Assembly: GCA_016182565.1 (NCBI GenBank)
Contig: JACPGI010000005.1
Coordinates: 11,005-75,004, forward strand
Direction of reading: 5' to 3'
DNA from: a candidate division WWE3 bacterium
GTDB lineage: Bacteria > Patescibacteriota > WWE3 > UBA101185 > UBA10185
DNA length: 64,000 bases
The position numbers and the translations under genes are program-made. Positions 37,881 through 47,921 of this stretch are shown piece after piece. The notes beneath the pieces were generated by a model. That model had not been told where the DNA came from. It saw only the letters and a program-made list of their open reading frames with translations, and did not search any database. Positions within the stretch are counted from its first letter, which is position 1, and the number at the start of each line of letters is the position of its first letter.

Positions 37881-40469
37881 CTATTGGTTTTTCTGGTCTT
37901 GATTGTTTGCTAAGGGTATTGTTCCTTGATCGATTTTAGTAGGTATTCCCTGGGATAAATCTTGTTTGATACCTCCCGGCATCAAAATCTTAGGACCACT
38001 ATTGTTGGTGTTTGCATTCTGTCTTTGCTGTCCTGGTATTACTGAGCTGTTAGGTCCAGTATTTAAGTTTTGTTGCCTTGGGGTTTGATAGCCATCCACC
38101 AGTTGATTAGGTGCAATTCCTTGACCAAACGGGGTTTTTGCCACGACGGTATTTTGTGGTTTTTTAACTTCAGCATTTGTTGGTATATGTGGTACTGGAA
38201 TTTTTGGCACGTGTTGTTGAGGTGTAGGTTGTCTAGATTGTTGTTGCTCAATGCTATTTTGTTGCGGTTGATTAGATTGGTTTAACTGATTTTGTTTAGG
38301 CTGACCTACCATAGTAGTATTTATTGGAGTTCTTTGTTGAGGGTGATTCTGTGGTGAAGAGAAAGCTTTACCTTGTGAATTAGAAACTTGAGCATTAGGT
38401 GCCGTGGCTACAGGTATTTGTGGTTGGTTTTGTGCCTGTGTTTGTAATGGTGGTTGTGGTGTCACCGGTTTTGGTGTTGGCATGGGAGTATTAAACTTTG
38501 GTGCCTCATACCTTGGTGCTACTCTTTGCGGAGTTTCTTCTTCAGATATGTCATCATTTGGGTTTTTTGGTTCAGGGATTTTAGCATAACTTTGAGTGTC
38601 AACTATCTCGAATGGTTTATAAGAAGCCCGTTGTTCTTCCACAAGTTTTCTTTGGTTTCTTTCTTCTTTCATTTTTAGTATTTCCTCTGGATTTGTTGTA
38701 ATTAGCTTGTATTCCTCTTCTGAAGCAATTACTTTAATGGCAACGTGATTTGCACCAGCAAAAAACAAACCCTCACCCCTGTCAGCAGATAATAGCAATC
38801 TTTTTTCGCCTTCGGATAGATAGAAAACTTCTGCAATTTTATCTATAGCTGATGGGTGTTGTTTCAAAAGTATTTGAATAGAGGAGTTACTCACAATCGC
38901 GTGGCCATAATCAGACTTTAAAAAGTCGTCCACGTCTTGAGTAATTGTAGTAAGACCCAAATAATATTTTCTGGCTCTTTTTGCGATACCAAACAAAAAC
39001 TGGGCGCTGTCGTTGTTGGACATGAGGTACCAAGCCTCTTCCACAATTAATATTCGTTTACGCAAATCCTTTCTAATAGTTGTCCATACAAAGTCCAAGA
39101 TCATATAGAAGGCAATTGGTCTTAGAGCGTCTTCCAAATGTTTTGTAGAGAAAACAGTCATATCCGCCGTAAGGTTTATATTAGATTGTGAGTCAAATAT
39201 TCCAGTCATAGAACCACGGATAAATTTCTCTAACCTTTCTGCCATACCCCGTGCTTCTACTTCAGCACCACCAAGCAGTACTTTATATAAATCTTCCATA
39301 ACTGGAGGTTCTTGTGAACTTTGGGTATCAGGGTCGGGAGTAATACCTTTTAATCTATAAGTTTCAATCAAGGCTCTATCAAGAATGGCATCTTCTGTAG
39401 GGGAAAGTGTTCCCATCATAAGCCTTAAAAGTGTGTGCAAAGATAAAAGTTTTTGACCAAGTTCATTTTGACCTTCAACAGCAATGCCAGATAAGTCAAA
39501 AGGATTAATCTTTGCCGGAGAGCTTGGTGAGAAGTTTATGTAGTTACCACCCAAAGCTTCACAGACCGGTTTATACTCTTCTTCTGGGTCGATGATAAGA
39601 ACTTGTGTTCCAAAGATGATAGAACGCAAGGCTTCAAGTTTAACAACAAAAGATTTACCAGCTCCGGATTTAGCAAAAACTACGGTGTTAGCGTTTTCCA
39701 AAGAAAACCTATCAAAAATGATAAGAGAACCGTTGTGTTTATTAACTCCGTACATTATGCCTTCATCTGAAGTAAGGTCTGATGAGGTAAAAGGGAAAGT
39801 TGTTGCAAGACTTGTGGTATCCATGTTTCTTGTAATCAAAAGTTTATCCATTGCTGTGGGAACTGTGGATTGAAATGCTTGTTCCATTTGTAAAGTGGCT
39901 TTTTTGGAAATAAGAAGTAGGGATCCAAGTGTGCCTTCCAGTTTTTTAGATATGTTTTCAAGCTCTTCTAAAGTTTCAGCAGGTATAGTGATGTAAAAAG
40001 AAAATTGGAAAAACTTCTCGATACCCTTTACAAGCTGCTCTTGTAAAGTGTTTGCGTCTTCTAAAGCAGCAACTACTACTGGATCTGCAATTTTTCCCCT
40101 TTCAGCATCCCCCCTGACAGTAGCCTCAAGTTCTGTAATTTTTCTTTTTAAATCGTCAAGTACCCCTTGAGCTTTTACAGGATAATAAAACATTGAGATA
40201 TCAAGTGAGTGATCGAAGTTAATAATAGGTGCAAGCCAGTCAGCCCCTACAAACCTAGGATATCCTGACACAAAAAGTGTTCGAAAAAACATTCCCCCAA
40301 CCCGCATGTGATTAAAATCAACTTCAATTGCAGAAGGGGCAATAATGTCTCTTATATCAACCATTCCTCTTGCAATCACATCTCCGGCATTTTCCTTTGG
40401 TGCTTCTGGTGTAAGCTTTGGGTCTACTTTTGGTTTTTTATTAAATAATGTAAATTTTGGCATTGGCAT
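37881..40469 (-). CDS. virB4: Type IV secretion ATPase, VirB4/TraC/TrbE family, with a C-terminal Gln/Pro/Asn-rich low-complexity tail of about 280 aa
   Basis: Walker A VVFAKSGAGKSFVVK and Walker B/DEAW-like ILIVEEAWYLM; overall length and order match VirB4. The tail (approximately nt 37881-38720) reads ...PQPPLQTQAQNQPQIP...QSNQPQQNSIEQQQSRQP.... Confidence 0.8.
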   Translation of the reverse strand: MPMPKFTLFNKKPKVDPKLTPEAPKENAGDVIARGMVDIRDIIAPSAIEVDFNHMRVGGMFFRTLFVSGYPRFVGADWLAPIINFDHSLDISMFYYPVKAQGVLDDLKRKITELEATVRGDAERGKIADPVVVAALEDANTLQEQLVKGIEKFFQFSFYITIPAETLEELENISKKLEGTLGSLLLISKKATLQMEQAFQSTVPTAMDKLLITRNMDTTSLATTFPFTSSDLTSDEGIMYGVNKHNGSLIIFDRFSLENANTVVFAKSGAGKSFVVKLEALRSIIFGTQVLIIDPEEEYKPVCEALGGNYINFSPSSPAKINPFDLSGIAVEGQNELGQKLLSLHTLLRLMMGTLSPTEDAILDRALIETYRLKGITPDPDTQSSQEPPVMEDLYKVLLGGAEVEARGMAERLEKFIRGSMTGIFDSQSNINLTADMTVFSTKHLEDALRPIAFYMILDFVWTTIRKDLRKRILIVEEAWYLMSNNDSAQFLFGIAKRARKYYLGLTTITQDVDDFLKSDYGHAIVSNSSIQILLKQHPSAIDKIAEVFYLSEGEKRLLLSADRGEGLFFAGANHVAIKVIASEEEYKLITTNPEEILKMKEERNQRKLVEEQRASYKPFEIVDTQSYAKIPEPKNPNDDISEEETPQRVAPRYEAPKFNTPMPTPKPVTPQPPLQTQAQNQPQIPVATAPNAQVSNSQGKAFSSPQNHPQQRTPINTTMVGQPKQNQLNQSNQPQQNSIEQQQSRQPTPQQHVPKIPVPHIPTNAEVKKPQNTVVAKTPFGQGIAPNQLVDGYQTPRQQNLNTGPNSSVIPGQQRQNANTNNSGPKILMPGGIKQDLSQGIPTKIDQGTIPLANNQDQKNQ

Positions 40470-40519
40470 TTTTATTTCACTTTATCTTAACCTACTCACT
40501 CTTGTGTAATTTCCACCTT

Positions 40520-41224
40520 TTATTCTTCCAAGATTGCAGGTTCAACAATTGCTGTTCTATAGTCTCCAATATCAGTTCTTATTCTTTGTGCTTCTGCTGA
40601 TCCTGGGTTATATATTTCGAAAAGTAATTCTACTATTTCCTGAGTGGATAGTCTTTTAGCTTTTATACCAAGTCTTCCAAACTCCCCAACTACATGGTCC
40701 ACTTTTGGTAAAAGATCGGGTTTTGCTCTTTTTAGTGCAGACTCTGTATCCACTTTTACTCGTTTCGTGTGGGCTCCGAACATCCTACCCATCCAATCAA
40801 ACGGAGTAGATCCCTTTTCGTGAAATCCTGTACTTCCGGAAGGCACAATTACGTAAAACTTTTTTGATAAAACATCATTTACCTTCACCAAGTCTTGTAC
40901 AAACTTACGATATGATTGGATCTGTTTTTTTAAAAGCGGGTCACTTAAACCCTGCTCAACTTTCACTATTTTTGTGATGTAGTTTGAAATATCGACTCTT
41001 TTTGATCTAATTACAATTTGTATCGGATAAGTTATCGAGTTTAGAAGCATAGAAAAGGCGGCAATCAAAGCATCTTGCTCCATTTCAGAAAGAAGTGCAA
41101 AGTTTACAGCAGTTGTTGAAATAATTGCAGCTACCTCCCCTGTTTTTAGTATAATTAAGTCCTCTTTTATGTCCTCTACATCTAGATGTTCTTGTGTTGT
41201 TGATCTGATTTCATTTATTGGCAT
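40520..41224 (-). CDS. Hypothetical cytoplasmic protein in the T4SS-like operon
   Basis: 234-aa ORF directly upstream of virB4 and co-directional with it; no TM helix. Confidence 0.4.
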   Translation of the reverse strand: MPINEIRSTTQEHLDVEDIKEDLIILKTGEVAAIISTTAVNFALLSEMEQDALIAAFSMLLNSITYPIQIVIRSKRVDISNYITKIVKVEQGLSDPLLKKQIQSYRKFVQDLVKVNDVLSKKFYVIVPSGSTGFHEKGSTPFDWMGRMFGAHTKRVKVDTESALKRAKPDLLPKVDHVVGEFGRLGIKAKRLSTQEIVELLFEIYNPGSAEAQRIRTDIGDYRTAIVEPAILEE

Positions 41225-41272
41225 ATTTTTTTGCTTTGTTAGTTTTTTAAATTTGAGTTTTGCTTACCAAAT

Positions 41273-43066
41273 TTAATTTCCTACAAATTCCATTGCAGGT
41301 ATTATCTCACCTTTTGCATCAAAATTAATTATATCAAAGGAAAACCCAGTTGAGTTGTTTGCATCCACCTCTATATTGTAACTTCCGTTCGGAAGTGGGT
41401 TTGTGATAGTAAATTCTCCTAGAGGATTAGTTTTTACAGCTCTTACAGGTTCATTTTTTCCATTTTTTATAATAAGGAGGACATTTGCAAGCCCCATACC
41501 TCTGATATTTCTAACAATGCCTGCTATTGTATTTGGAATTTGTGGCTGCAAGTTGTCGGGAATTATTCCAAGCTTTGAAGAATTTATTTCTGGTTCTTCC
41601 GCAATAAAGCCTCCCTTTTTAACATTTATTGCTGCTACCTGTTCTCTTAATTTTGTGATTGTGCTTTGAGTTTGTGTTATTTTTTCTTCCAATTCCCTAA
41701 ATGCAATAGAGTTTTTCTCTTTCGTTTGTGGGTCGGTTTCTGTTGAAGAGATTTGTATGTGGGTTTTCAAGGCACCCATTTTTGTAAGTAATCCCTCTTT
41801 TTCTTTTTCAAAACGCTGGATCAATTCTTCAGCCTCGTTTCTTACTTGAATATCTTCTACTGAATACTCAGTGTAGCTAGATTTTTCCTTAGGAGGTAAA
41901 TTAATTTTTTCGGATTGTTTTAATTGTTGGATGTAAGTTTTTAATTGTTCGGCTTTTTTTACTACATCACTTGCTGACTCCATTTCGTCACTTGTTTTTA
42001 GTGTACGTTCCCCCCTTATTGGAAGCACTATACTACCCTGAAATGGTGTTAGGTTTGTTAGTTTTCTTCCGGCATGCATATCAGGAGTTATTGGACGAAG
42101 CAGAATCTCGTTATTATCACCAGGCGCAGTAAATACCTTTCTACTTATAAACTTTTTAGCAGCTGGTCTAAGTGTTTGTTTAAATGAGCTACTTGCACGT
42201 TGCATGATAGACGGCCTTGCAATATGAGCTGAAGTTTGTTTTGTAATTATTGGTGTCTCTGACGTACTGGGTAAGTTAGTAGATACAGCTGGGCCATATG
42301 TTTCTACAGTTGGAGTTTGAGTTTTTTCGATTAGTTGTTGTTTTTCTAAAATTTCTTGATTGTTTTCTATTTCATTAGAACTTATAGCTATATTTTCTTC
42401 ACCTTCTATTAGCTGTGCCTCTTGTGGTAATGTTTCAATCTGTACTCCAGTAATTATGTTTTTGGTTGAAGAGGTTTCAGGTACCATCTCTTGTGGTGAG
42501 CTTTCCATAAATTCATCATCAAGTGCCACCGCAGTTGTTACATTTTTTGAATAATCGCCAAATGCGTCCTTAACCTTTTGAATGTACTCTGCTTCAAGTT
42601 TTTCGTATGGGTCTAAAATTTCTTTCTTTTGATATTGATACTCAAGATAGTTTTCAAGTTTTCTTCTACTTGCAGTCGGTGCCAAAGTTATAAGTTCTTG
42701 TCTAACCATAGAAAGGCTTTGATATAAAAACGCTGAAGGAGGTAATGGGTTTTTTCTCCAGATGTATTGTTGCTCTGCGTAAACCGCTCGAAAAAAGTTT
42801 ACTATCCACTCATCAAGACCCCTTTCCTCGTAAGGTAAAAAGGCAAATGCCACCCCAACAAGAACAATGAGGGATATTATTGGCCACTTAAAGAAAGGAG
42901 GAAGAGTAAACGTATAGATAACGTAGGCCACTCCTAGAAATACAGCCAAGTATGTAAATTGGCGCATGGTAAGATCCCCAATTAGTTTAAATTCCACATC
43001 CATTATATTTTGTGGAACTGCGTGCTGCTTATTTGATTGTGGCATTTCACGAATGGGCATGTGCAA
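41273..43066 (-). CDS. T4SS-associated membrane protein: VirB3-like N-terminal TM hairpin, coiled-coil region, and C-terminal beta-sandwich-like domain
   Basis: Two adjacent TM helices near the N-terminus (FTYLAVFLGVAYVIYTF / WPIISLIVLVGVAFAFL), placed just before the VirB4 gene as virB3 usually is. A long coiled-coil region follows. The C-terminal segment (GIVRNIRGMGLANVLLIIKNG...SYNIEVDANNSTGFSF) reads as a carboxypeptidase-regulatory / Cna-B-like fold. Confidence 0.45.
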   Translation of the reverse strand: MHMPIREMPQSNKQHAVPQNIMDVEFKLIGDLTMRQFTYLAVFLGVAYVIYTFTLPPFFKWPIISLIVLVGVAFAFLPYEERGLDEWIVNFFRAVYAEQQYIWRKNPLPPSAFLYQSLSMVRQELITLAPTASRRKLENYLEYQYQKKEILDPYEKLEAEYIQKVKDAFGDYSKNVTTAVALDDEFMESSPQEMVPETSSTKNIITGVQIETLPQEAQLIEGEENIAISSNEIENNQEILEKQQLIEKTQTPTVETYGPAVSTNLPSTSETPIITKQTSAHIARPSIMQRASSSFKQTLRPAAKKFISRKVFTAPGDNNEILLRPITPDMHAGRKLTNLTPFQGSIVLPIRGERTLKTSDEMESASDVVKKAEQLKTYIQQLKQSEKINLPPKEKSSYTEYSVEDIQVRNEAEELIQRFEKEKEGLLTKMGALKTHIQISSTETDPQTKEKNSIAFRELEEKITQTQSTITKLREQVAAINVKKGGFIAEEPEINSSKLGIIPDNLQPQIPNTIAGIVRNIRGMGLANVLLIIKNGKNEPVRAVKTNPLGEFTITNPLPNGSYNIEVDANNSTGFSFDIINFDAKGEIIPAMEFVGN

Positions 43067-43110
43067 GTATTATATTTTAGAGTAGAAGATATTGAAAGGA
43101 TGTGTAGAAA

Positions 43111-44601
43111 CTATCTCCTCTTTGTCTTTTGCTCACCGAGGAATGCTTCTTCTATGATCTTTGGCATCTTAAGAGCTTGGAAGAAAATAGCAAAACCCAT
43201 TATAATTCCAAATAGAAAACTACCCAGGGCATCAAAAAAGACAAATATATTACTCTGTGCATTTACTTGCATTGTAAATATCTCTATCACATTTTCCACA
43301 ACTATTTTATATAGGATATAGTTTCCTACTTCTAGGGTTAAGGCCATAGCCGGAAGCGCAAGCATATTTGCCAAGAAATACTTAAACCAGTCGGATATTT
43401 TTTCTTCGTTCCCAGGAATTGACCCCCATGCAAATGTAAGAGGTGCAGAAACCGAGGCCATTATAAGTTTTATGTAGATAAAGATATATTTAACGGAGGC
43501 AACTAGCCATAAACCCATGTTTAAAAATGCCATAAAAATGGTGAGAATTATAAACATAAGCCCAACCCCAGCAGATAGTATTGAGCCTGAGGTTAGTACT
43601 GCAATTGTGAGTGGCCCTATGGTACCTGCTCCCCCTAACGCTTTAATTGGCTGTATTAAAGCCATCTGAATTGGGGTGATAAGCCCTATCCCAATAAGAC
43701 CAATTGTCATGCTGAATGTTATAAGTATTATGGAGATGACTATTCTTGGTACTGCGTATTGTGCTGTGACTACAACTTGAGAGCTTATTTGTCTTCGCAT
43801 CATAATCATAGATCCTACATAAATCATAAATATTGCTAAAAGTCCGTAGGAGATATTTCTAATCAATTTCCACACGTCCATTATAGCTGTTGAAACTGAT
43901 GTTGGTACTAGGCCTCCAGGAAAGTTTACTTGGGCAAGTGCAGTGTCTTTTAAAATTAGGGTATTGCTTGCCACATATCTACCGTAATTAGCAAGATTTA
44001 CAGAGGGCAAAACCCCTTTATCTGAGAAGGCTGTTTCATTTGCAATATATGTTAGGCCTGCAAGGGATCCTCCTATGAACGCTCGACTTGGTAACTTGTT
44101 TGCCTCCCCACCATCAAGCTTTACAAGCATAGGTGCACAGATACCTCCTCCTGCCGGTGGATATAAACTTTTAATATCAGGAGGTAATTGGTCCTGAACT
44201 GAAGTTCCAGATATTTCTTCTACAAGATATGCCATACAAGCTTGATGTTGGTTTAAGCTGTGTCCCCAGACTAGAAATGTTGCAACTTCGGTCGCTTGGG
44301 CAATAAATGTATCTCCCACTGTTCTTACAATAGTTTGGAGTGGGGAGCCATTAAGTTTCCATTGAAAATGTGAACATTTACCTAGTTCAAAGGAAAACAT
44401 AGTTGTATCAACTCCTATACCTCCACCACAGGGAGAAGTGACTGTTTCGTCATCTGCATAGGAGACTTGAGCATAGGCTGTAGTTTTAGATAGTGTAAAA
44501 ACCAATGGAAGGGAAAAAACTAAACCCAAAAAGAAAGTTAGAATTGGTTTGTTGGAATTTGTTTTCATATACACTAGGAATTTTTCCACATTAAGACACA
44601 T
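43111..44601 (-). CDS. VirB6/TrbL-like polytopic membrane protein
   Basis: Signal peptide, then an N-terminal extracytoplasmic domain of about 200 aa, then 6 or more TM helices; first gene of the virB4-containing operon. Confidence 0.5.
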   Translation of the reverse strand: MCLNVEKFLVYMKTNSNKPILTFFLGLVFSLPLVFTLSKTTAYAQVSYADDETVTSPCGGGIGVDTTMFSFELGKCSHFQWKLNGSPLQTIVRTVGDTFIAQATEVATFLVWGHSLNQHQACMAYLVEEISGTSVQDQLPPDIKSLYPPAGGGICAPMLVKLDGGEANKLPSRAFIGGSLAGLTYIANETAFSDKGVLPSVNLANYGRYVASNTLILKDTALAQVNFPGGLVPTSVSTAIMDVWKLIRNISYGLLAIFMIYVGSMIMMRRQISSQVVVTAQYAVPRIVISIILITFSMTIGLIGIGLITPIQMALIQPIKALGGAGTIGPLTIAVLTSGSILSAGVGLMFIILTIFMAFLNMGLWLVASVKYIFIYIKLIMASVSAPLTFAWGSIPGNEEKISDWFKYFLANMLALPAMALTLEVGNYILYKIVVENVIEIFTMQVNAQSNIFVFFDALGSFLFGIIMGFAIFFQALKMPKIIEEAFLGEQKTKRR

Positions 44602-44675
44602 ATTTCAATAAGTTAATATTTCTTTAAGAATCTAGGCTATGCTATTTGGTTTAGCAAGAAATCCAAAAACTTTTT

Positions 44676-47600
44676 TTGTATTCATACTATGAAAATATTT
44701 CCAGTACATATAGAATAGCTGTTGTTATGGCAGATACATTTTTTTATCCCGGAAACCACCCTGTAAGAAGAAGACCGGCAGGTGGTTCAAGGCCATTTGT
44801 TCCAGAATACACCCCGACAGTAGGGCAAAATTTTTATGATACCTTAGATGAGACTGCACTTGGTGTCCCCCGCTGGATGTGGATGCAGGAGATGAAAGAT
44901 ATCCAATCCTCTTGGGAAGCAAGTTATAAATCCCCAGAAGTAAGTGTGACAACAAAGGAGCTAAATGCTGAGGGGGCTGAGGAAATAGCTGAGTTACCGG
45001 GTGGAATTGGTATAAAGGTGAGTGTTAATCCTATGGACTGGATTAATGATCCAACGAAGCAGATAGAAAATCTTACTATCGGTGCAGCCCGAAATGTGTT
45101 TAACATGTCAGATCTTACTTCAAGAAGCCGAAAAGAATTTTGGAGTAAGCTTACAGAGCGTAACTATTCCCCATTTTATCTAGGTGACGGAAACCAGGAT
45201 GAACTATCTGAAGACCCAGTTTCAAGAAATTTAATAAGGCATCCAAAACCCGGCAACTTCTATAAAGGTCTGGATTCAAGTATGGGTGAATTTGCTGTAA
45301 GTGTTGATTCTACTGGATCAAGAAACAAAGCCATGCGTGGTGTAAGCACTTCTGTGATAGGTAGTTTAAAAAAAGAAATAGATGACAAGCTTTTTGATAC
45401 ATCAATCCCAAACACAAGAACTCCCAAACTAGCAAACAATCTAGATGCATCAGTTTTTGCTACGGCCGAAAAGTTTGCAAAGAAAGCTGATTTAGTAGAC
45501 AAAGTTAATCTTGTTATATCAGGGGATAAGAAGAAAGGTATTACAGGACTGGGGGACATAAAATCGGAAATTGATCAAGCATTTTTGGGGGGTAGTATAA
45601 ACTCTGCAGCAACTGCAAAAAAACTTACAGATTTTGCACAACGAATAGAGCACGCGCAAGAGGCTTTAGAGCAGGTAAAGGGTATATCTAAAAAAGAAGC
45701 CCATGCGGTAGCCAGATTAGAAAACCATTTAAACCAACTTTCTGATGCAATTAAGCCATACGCTTATAGGGATAGTTCCGGCAATATGGTTGTTAAAGTA
45801 CCATCCGGCATCGCAGCATCCCAATCACTTCGAGCAAAGCTGACAATCGCTAACTCCAAACTTGTTAGTGGTAATTTTGGGGATGGTAGCTATGGGAGCT
45901 ACGTAAATCACGTTCTAAGACAAGAAATTACTGATACCAAATCCGATCTCAATAAGAAGGTCATTAATGCTACTCAATCAGGAAGCACTAACTATATATT
46001 GAGTAATCCGAGCCGAAGGTTAGCAAGACTCTCCTCCCACATTAACTCAACTTATGAATGGGAAGCCGCAAGAGATTTAGTGGAAGACCTACAGGAAGGT
46101 AAGCTCCCGGTTAAATTTATATATAAACAAATGATCCAGCCTAGGATTGAGGTTTTTACCCCAAGTTATTGGATCGGAAGAACCTTAGACAGATCCCATT
46201 ATTTTGGTTTAACGATAAATGATGATGTTGCAACAGGGGCGGTAAATGGGGGAGTTTTGGGCTCAGTTGGAAACTTTATGATTAAAAAGTCCCCCATGAA
46301 AGGCCTATATGATGTAAATATAAATCTAGGTGTAATTGATCCACACAATGCCTGGAAAAAGGTTATATACATCAAAGGTGACTACGGTCTTAAAAAGATT
46401 ATTGATGCTAAGGCTATGTTTGGTCTTGACGACAAGAGTATAAAGTCGGCCACTTCGCACCTTGTGGACGGATTAAGTGGTAACTTAAAAACTTCAGCAG
46501 GCGGTGTGGTCTCAAAAAGTGATTTTTTAAAAATCTTAAACGGTGACCGCGTTTTAGCTGCAAGTTTGAGACTGGATGCAGAAAATTGTAAAGCTATAGC
46601 TAACTTTAGAAGAAACTTTCTTTCCAAATACTTTCGTACACTTGATCTTGATAAGTTGGGTCTTACCTTAGACAAACACGGGCGTTTGATTGGCTCTGCG
46701 GCTGCTTTGGATGCTGCTAGTGATCGACTCCACGCATTTTTCTTGAGCATTCATAGTAACGAAAATAATCCCGCAGACTTTTTTAGTATTGGTGCTGGCA
46801 AGGCGGGAATATTAGATAAGTACGCAAAATGGTTAAGTAGAGTTCAATCGAACACAGTAGTTAAGTATCTCTCAGTTATTATAAACCCAGTTGTTAAGGG
46901 CAAGGAGATAATCTTAGAGCAAGTCAATGCCAAAATAGCAAGTATTATTGCTGCGGTATTTGGTGATGCTACAGGTGGTCTTGGATATGCTATCGCTTGG
47001 GCTATAAAAATAGCTGTGCAATGGGTTCTCTCAAAGCTTGAAAAAATATTCAAAAAGTTTTGGCAAGCTGTTGGTCACTTTGACGTAAAAGCGATTGGTG
47101 GGATGATGGACGATGCTGTAGACGAAATTGGTAAATGGGTTGTTTACATTCTACTTTTTTCATTTCTACCATTTATCATGGTTTCTGGATTTATGAGTAA
47201 GATGGTGTCAACTCTTCCTGTGTATGACCCTTCTCAAATAGGTGAAATAAAATCAGGGGGAGGAAGTCTAGGGTTAGGTTATGGCGACGGCAGCGAAGCA
47301 AATTGTGATATTACTACAAAATCACTATCTTCTTACGACTTTATGCAAAATGTATCAGGTGGTGGTAATACTGGGCAAGCAACCGCCCTCATGGAGGAAA
47401 TGCTGATGGGCTTTTGGTGTTATTGGAATCAATCCCCAAGTTTTCCGGAACTGTTTAATTTACAATTATTTGCAATAAACCCATTCCCAGGGGACCTTTC
47501 TAGCTGTTGGGATTGCCTGTTCTGGTGCACATTTCTGCCTTGGAAAGCCGGTCTTGATAATAGTGGTCAGTCTACAGCTTGCAAGATGGAATCTCATTAC

Positions 47601-47900
47601 AAAAGTGGAAGTGGCCATTATGTCCCTATAGAACAAGCTTATGTAAATGGGCATGACTCGAATGTAAGACCTGGCGATATCATATTTATTGCTTCATCTG
47701 GGAGAAGAAAGCATCCCAATTGTCCAGCCGATGTTGATAGTAACCACGTCGGTGTAGTTTATGCAGTAACTCCGGATGCTGTTATTACACTTCACTCAAA
47801 TTCAGGAGAAAAAGCTTGGGCATACGGCGTTGATGACGATGGTCACATTATGGATAATGAATACCACGCAATTCAAGGATTTGGTGGTCCCGGCAATTAA
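44676..47900 (+). CDS. Large T4SS-associated membrane protein with a putative C-terminal CHAP / NlpC-P60-like cell-wall hydrolase domain (PrgK/TcpG-like role)
   Basis: 1074 aa. Mid-protein TM helices (IIAAVFGDATGGLGYAIAWAI; VVYILLFSFLPFIMVSGFM). A Cys-rich segment (SCWDCLFWCTF) is followed by ...GDIIFIASSG...NHVGVVYAV...HSNSGE, resembling the CHAP Cys/His arrangement. Transcribed divergently from the virB6-virB4 operon. Confidence 0.45.
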   Translation: MYSYYENISSTYRIAVVMADTFFYPGNHPVRRRPAGGSRPFVPEYTPTVGQNFYDTLDETALGVPRWMWMQEMKDIQSSWEASYKSPEVSVTTKELNAEGAEEIAELPGGIGIKVSVNPMDWINDPTKQIENLTIGAARNVFNMSDLTSRSRKEFWSKLTERNYSPFYLGDGNQDELSEDPVSRNLIRHPKPGNFYKGLDSSMGEFAVSVDSTGSRNKAMRGVSTSVIGSLKKEIDDKLFDTSIPNTRTPKLANNLDASVFATAEKFAKKADLVDKVNLVISGDKKKGITGLGDIKSEIDQAFLGGSINSAATAKKLTDFAQRIEHAQEALEQVKGISKKEAHAVARLENHLNQLSDAIKPYAYRDSSGNMVVKVPSGIAASQSLRAKLTIANSKLVSGNFGDGSYGSYVNHVLRQEITDTKSDLNKKVINATQSGSTNYILSNPSRRLARLSSHINSTYEWEAARDLVEDLQEGKLPVKFIYKQMIQPRIEVFTPSYWIGRTLDRSHYFGLTINDDVATGAVNGGVLGSVGNFMIKKSPMKGLYDVNINLGVIDPHNAWKKVIYIKGDYGLKKIIDAKAMFGLDDKSIKSATSHLVDGLSGNLKTSAGGVVSKSDFLKILNGDRVLAASLRLDAENCKAIANFRRNFLSKYFRTLDLDKLGLTLDKHGRLIGSAAALDAASDRLHAFFLSIHSNENNPADFFSIGAGKAGILDKYAKWLSRVQSNTVVKYLSVIINPVVKGKEIILEQVNAKIASIIAAVFGDATGGLGYAIAWAIKIAVQWVLSKLEKIFKKFWQAVGHFDVKAIGGMMDDAVDEIGKWVVYILLFSFLPFIMVSGFMSKMVSTLPVYDPSQIGEIKSGGGSLGLGYGDGSEANCDITTKSLSSYDFMQNVSGGGNTGQATALMEEMLMGFWCYWNQSPSFPELFNLQLFAINPFPGDLSSCWDCLFWCTFLPWKAGLDNSGQSTACKMESHYKSGSGHYVPIEQAYVNGHDSNVRPGDIIFIASSGRRKHPNCPADVDSNHVGVVYAVTPDAVITLHSNSGEKAWAYGVDDDGHIMDNEYHAIQGFGGPGN

Positions 47901-47921
47901 GGTAGAGTTAACACTGTAACT

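Noticed and set aside
38063-39873. Small plus-strand ORFs inside virB4 (38070-38285, 38404-38589, 38454-38678, 39592-39873)
   Set aside because: They overlap the VirB4 CDS and the antisense of its Q/P-rich tail; their Cys/Gly/Trp-rich composition reflects antisense low complexity, not genes
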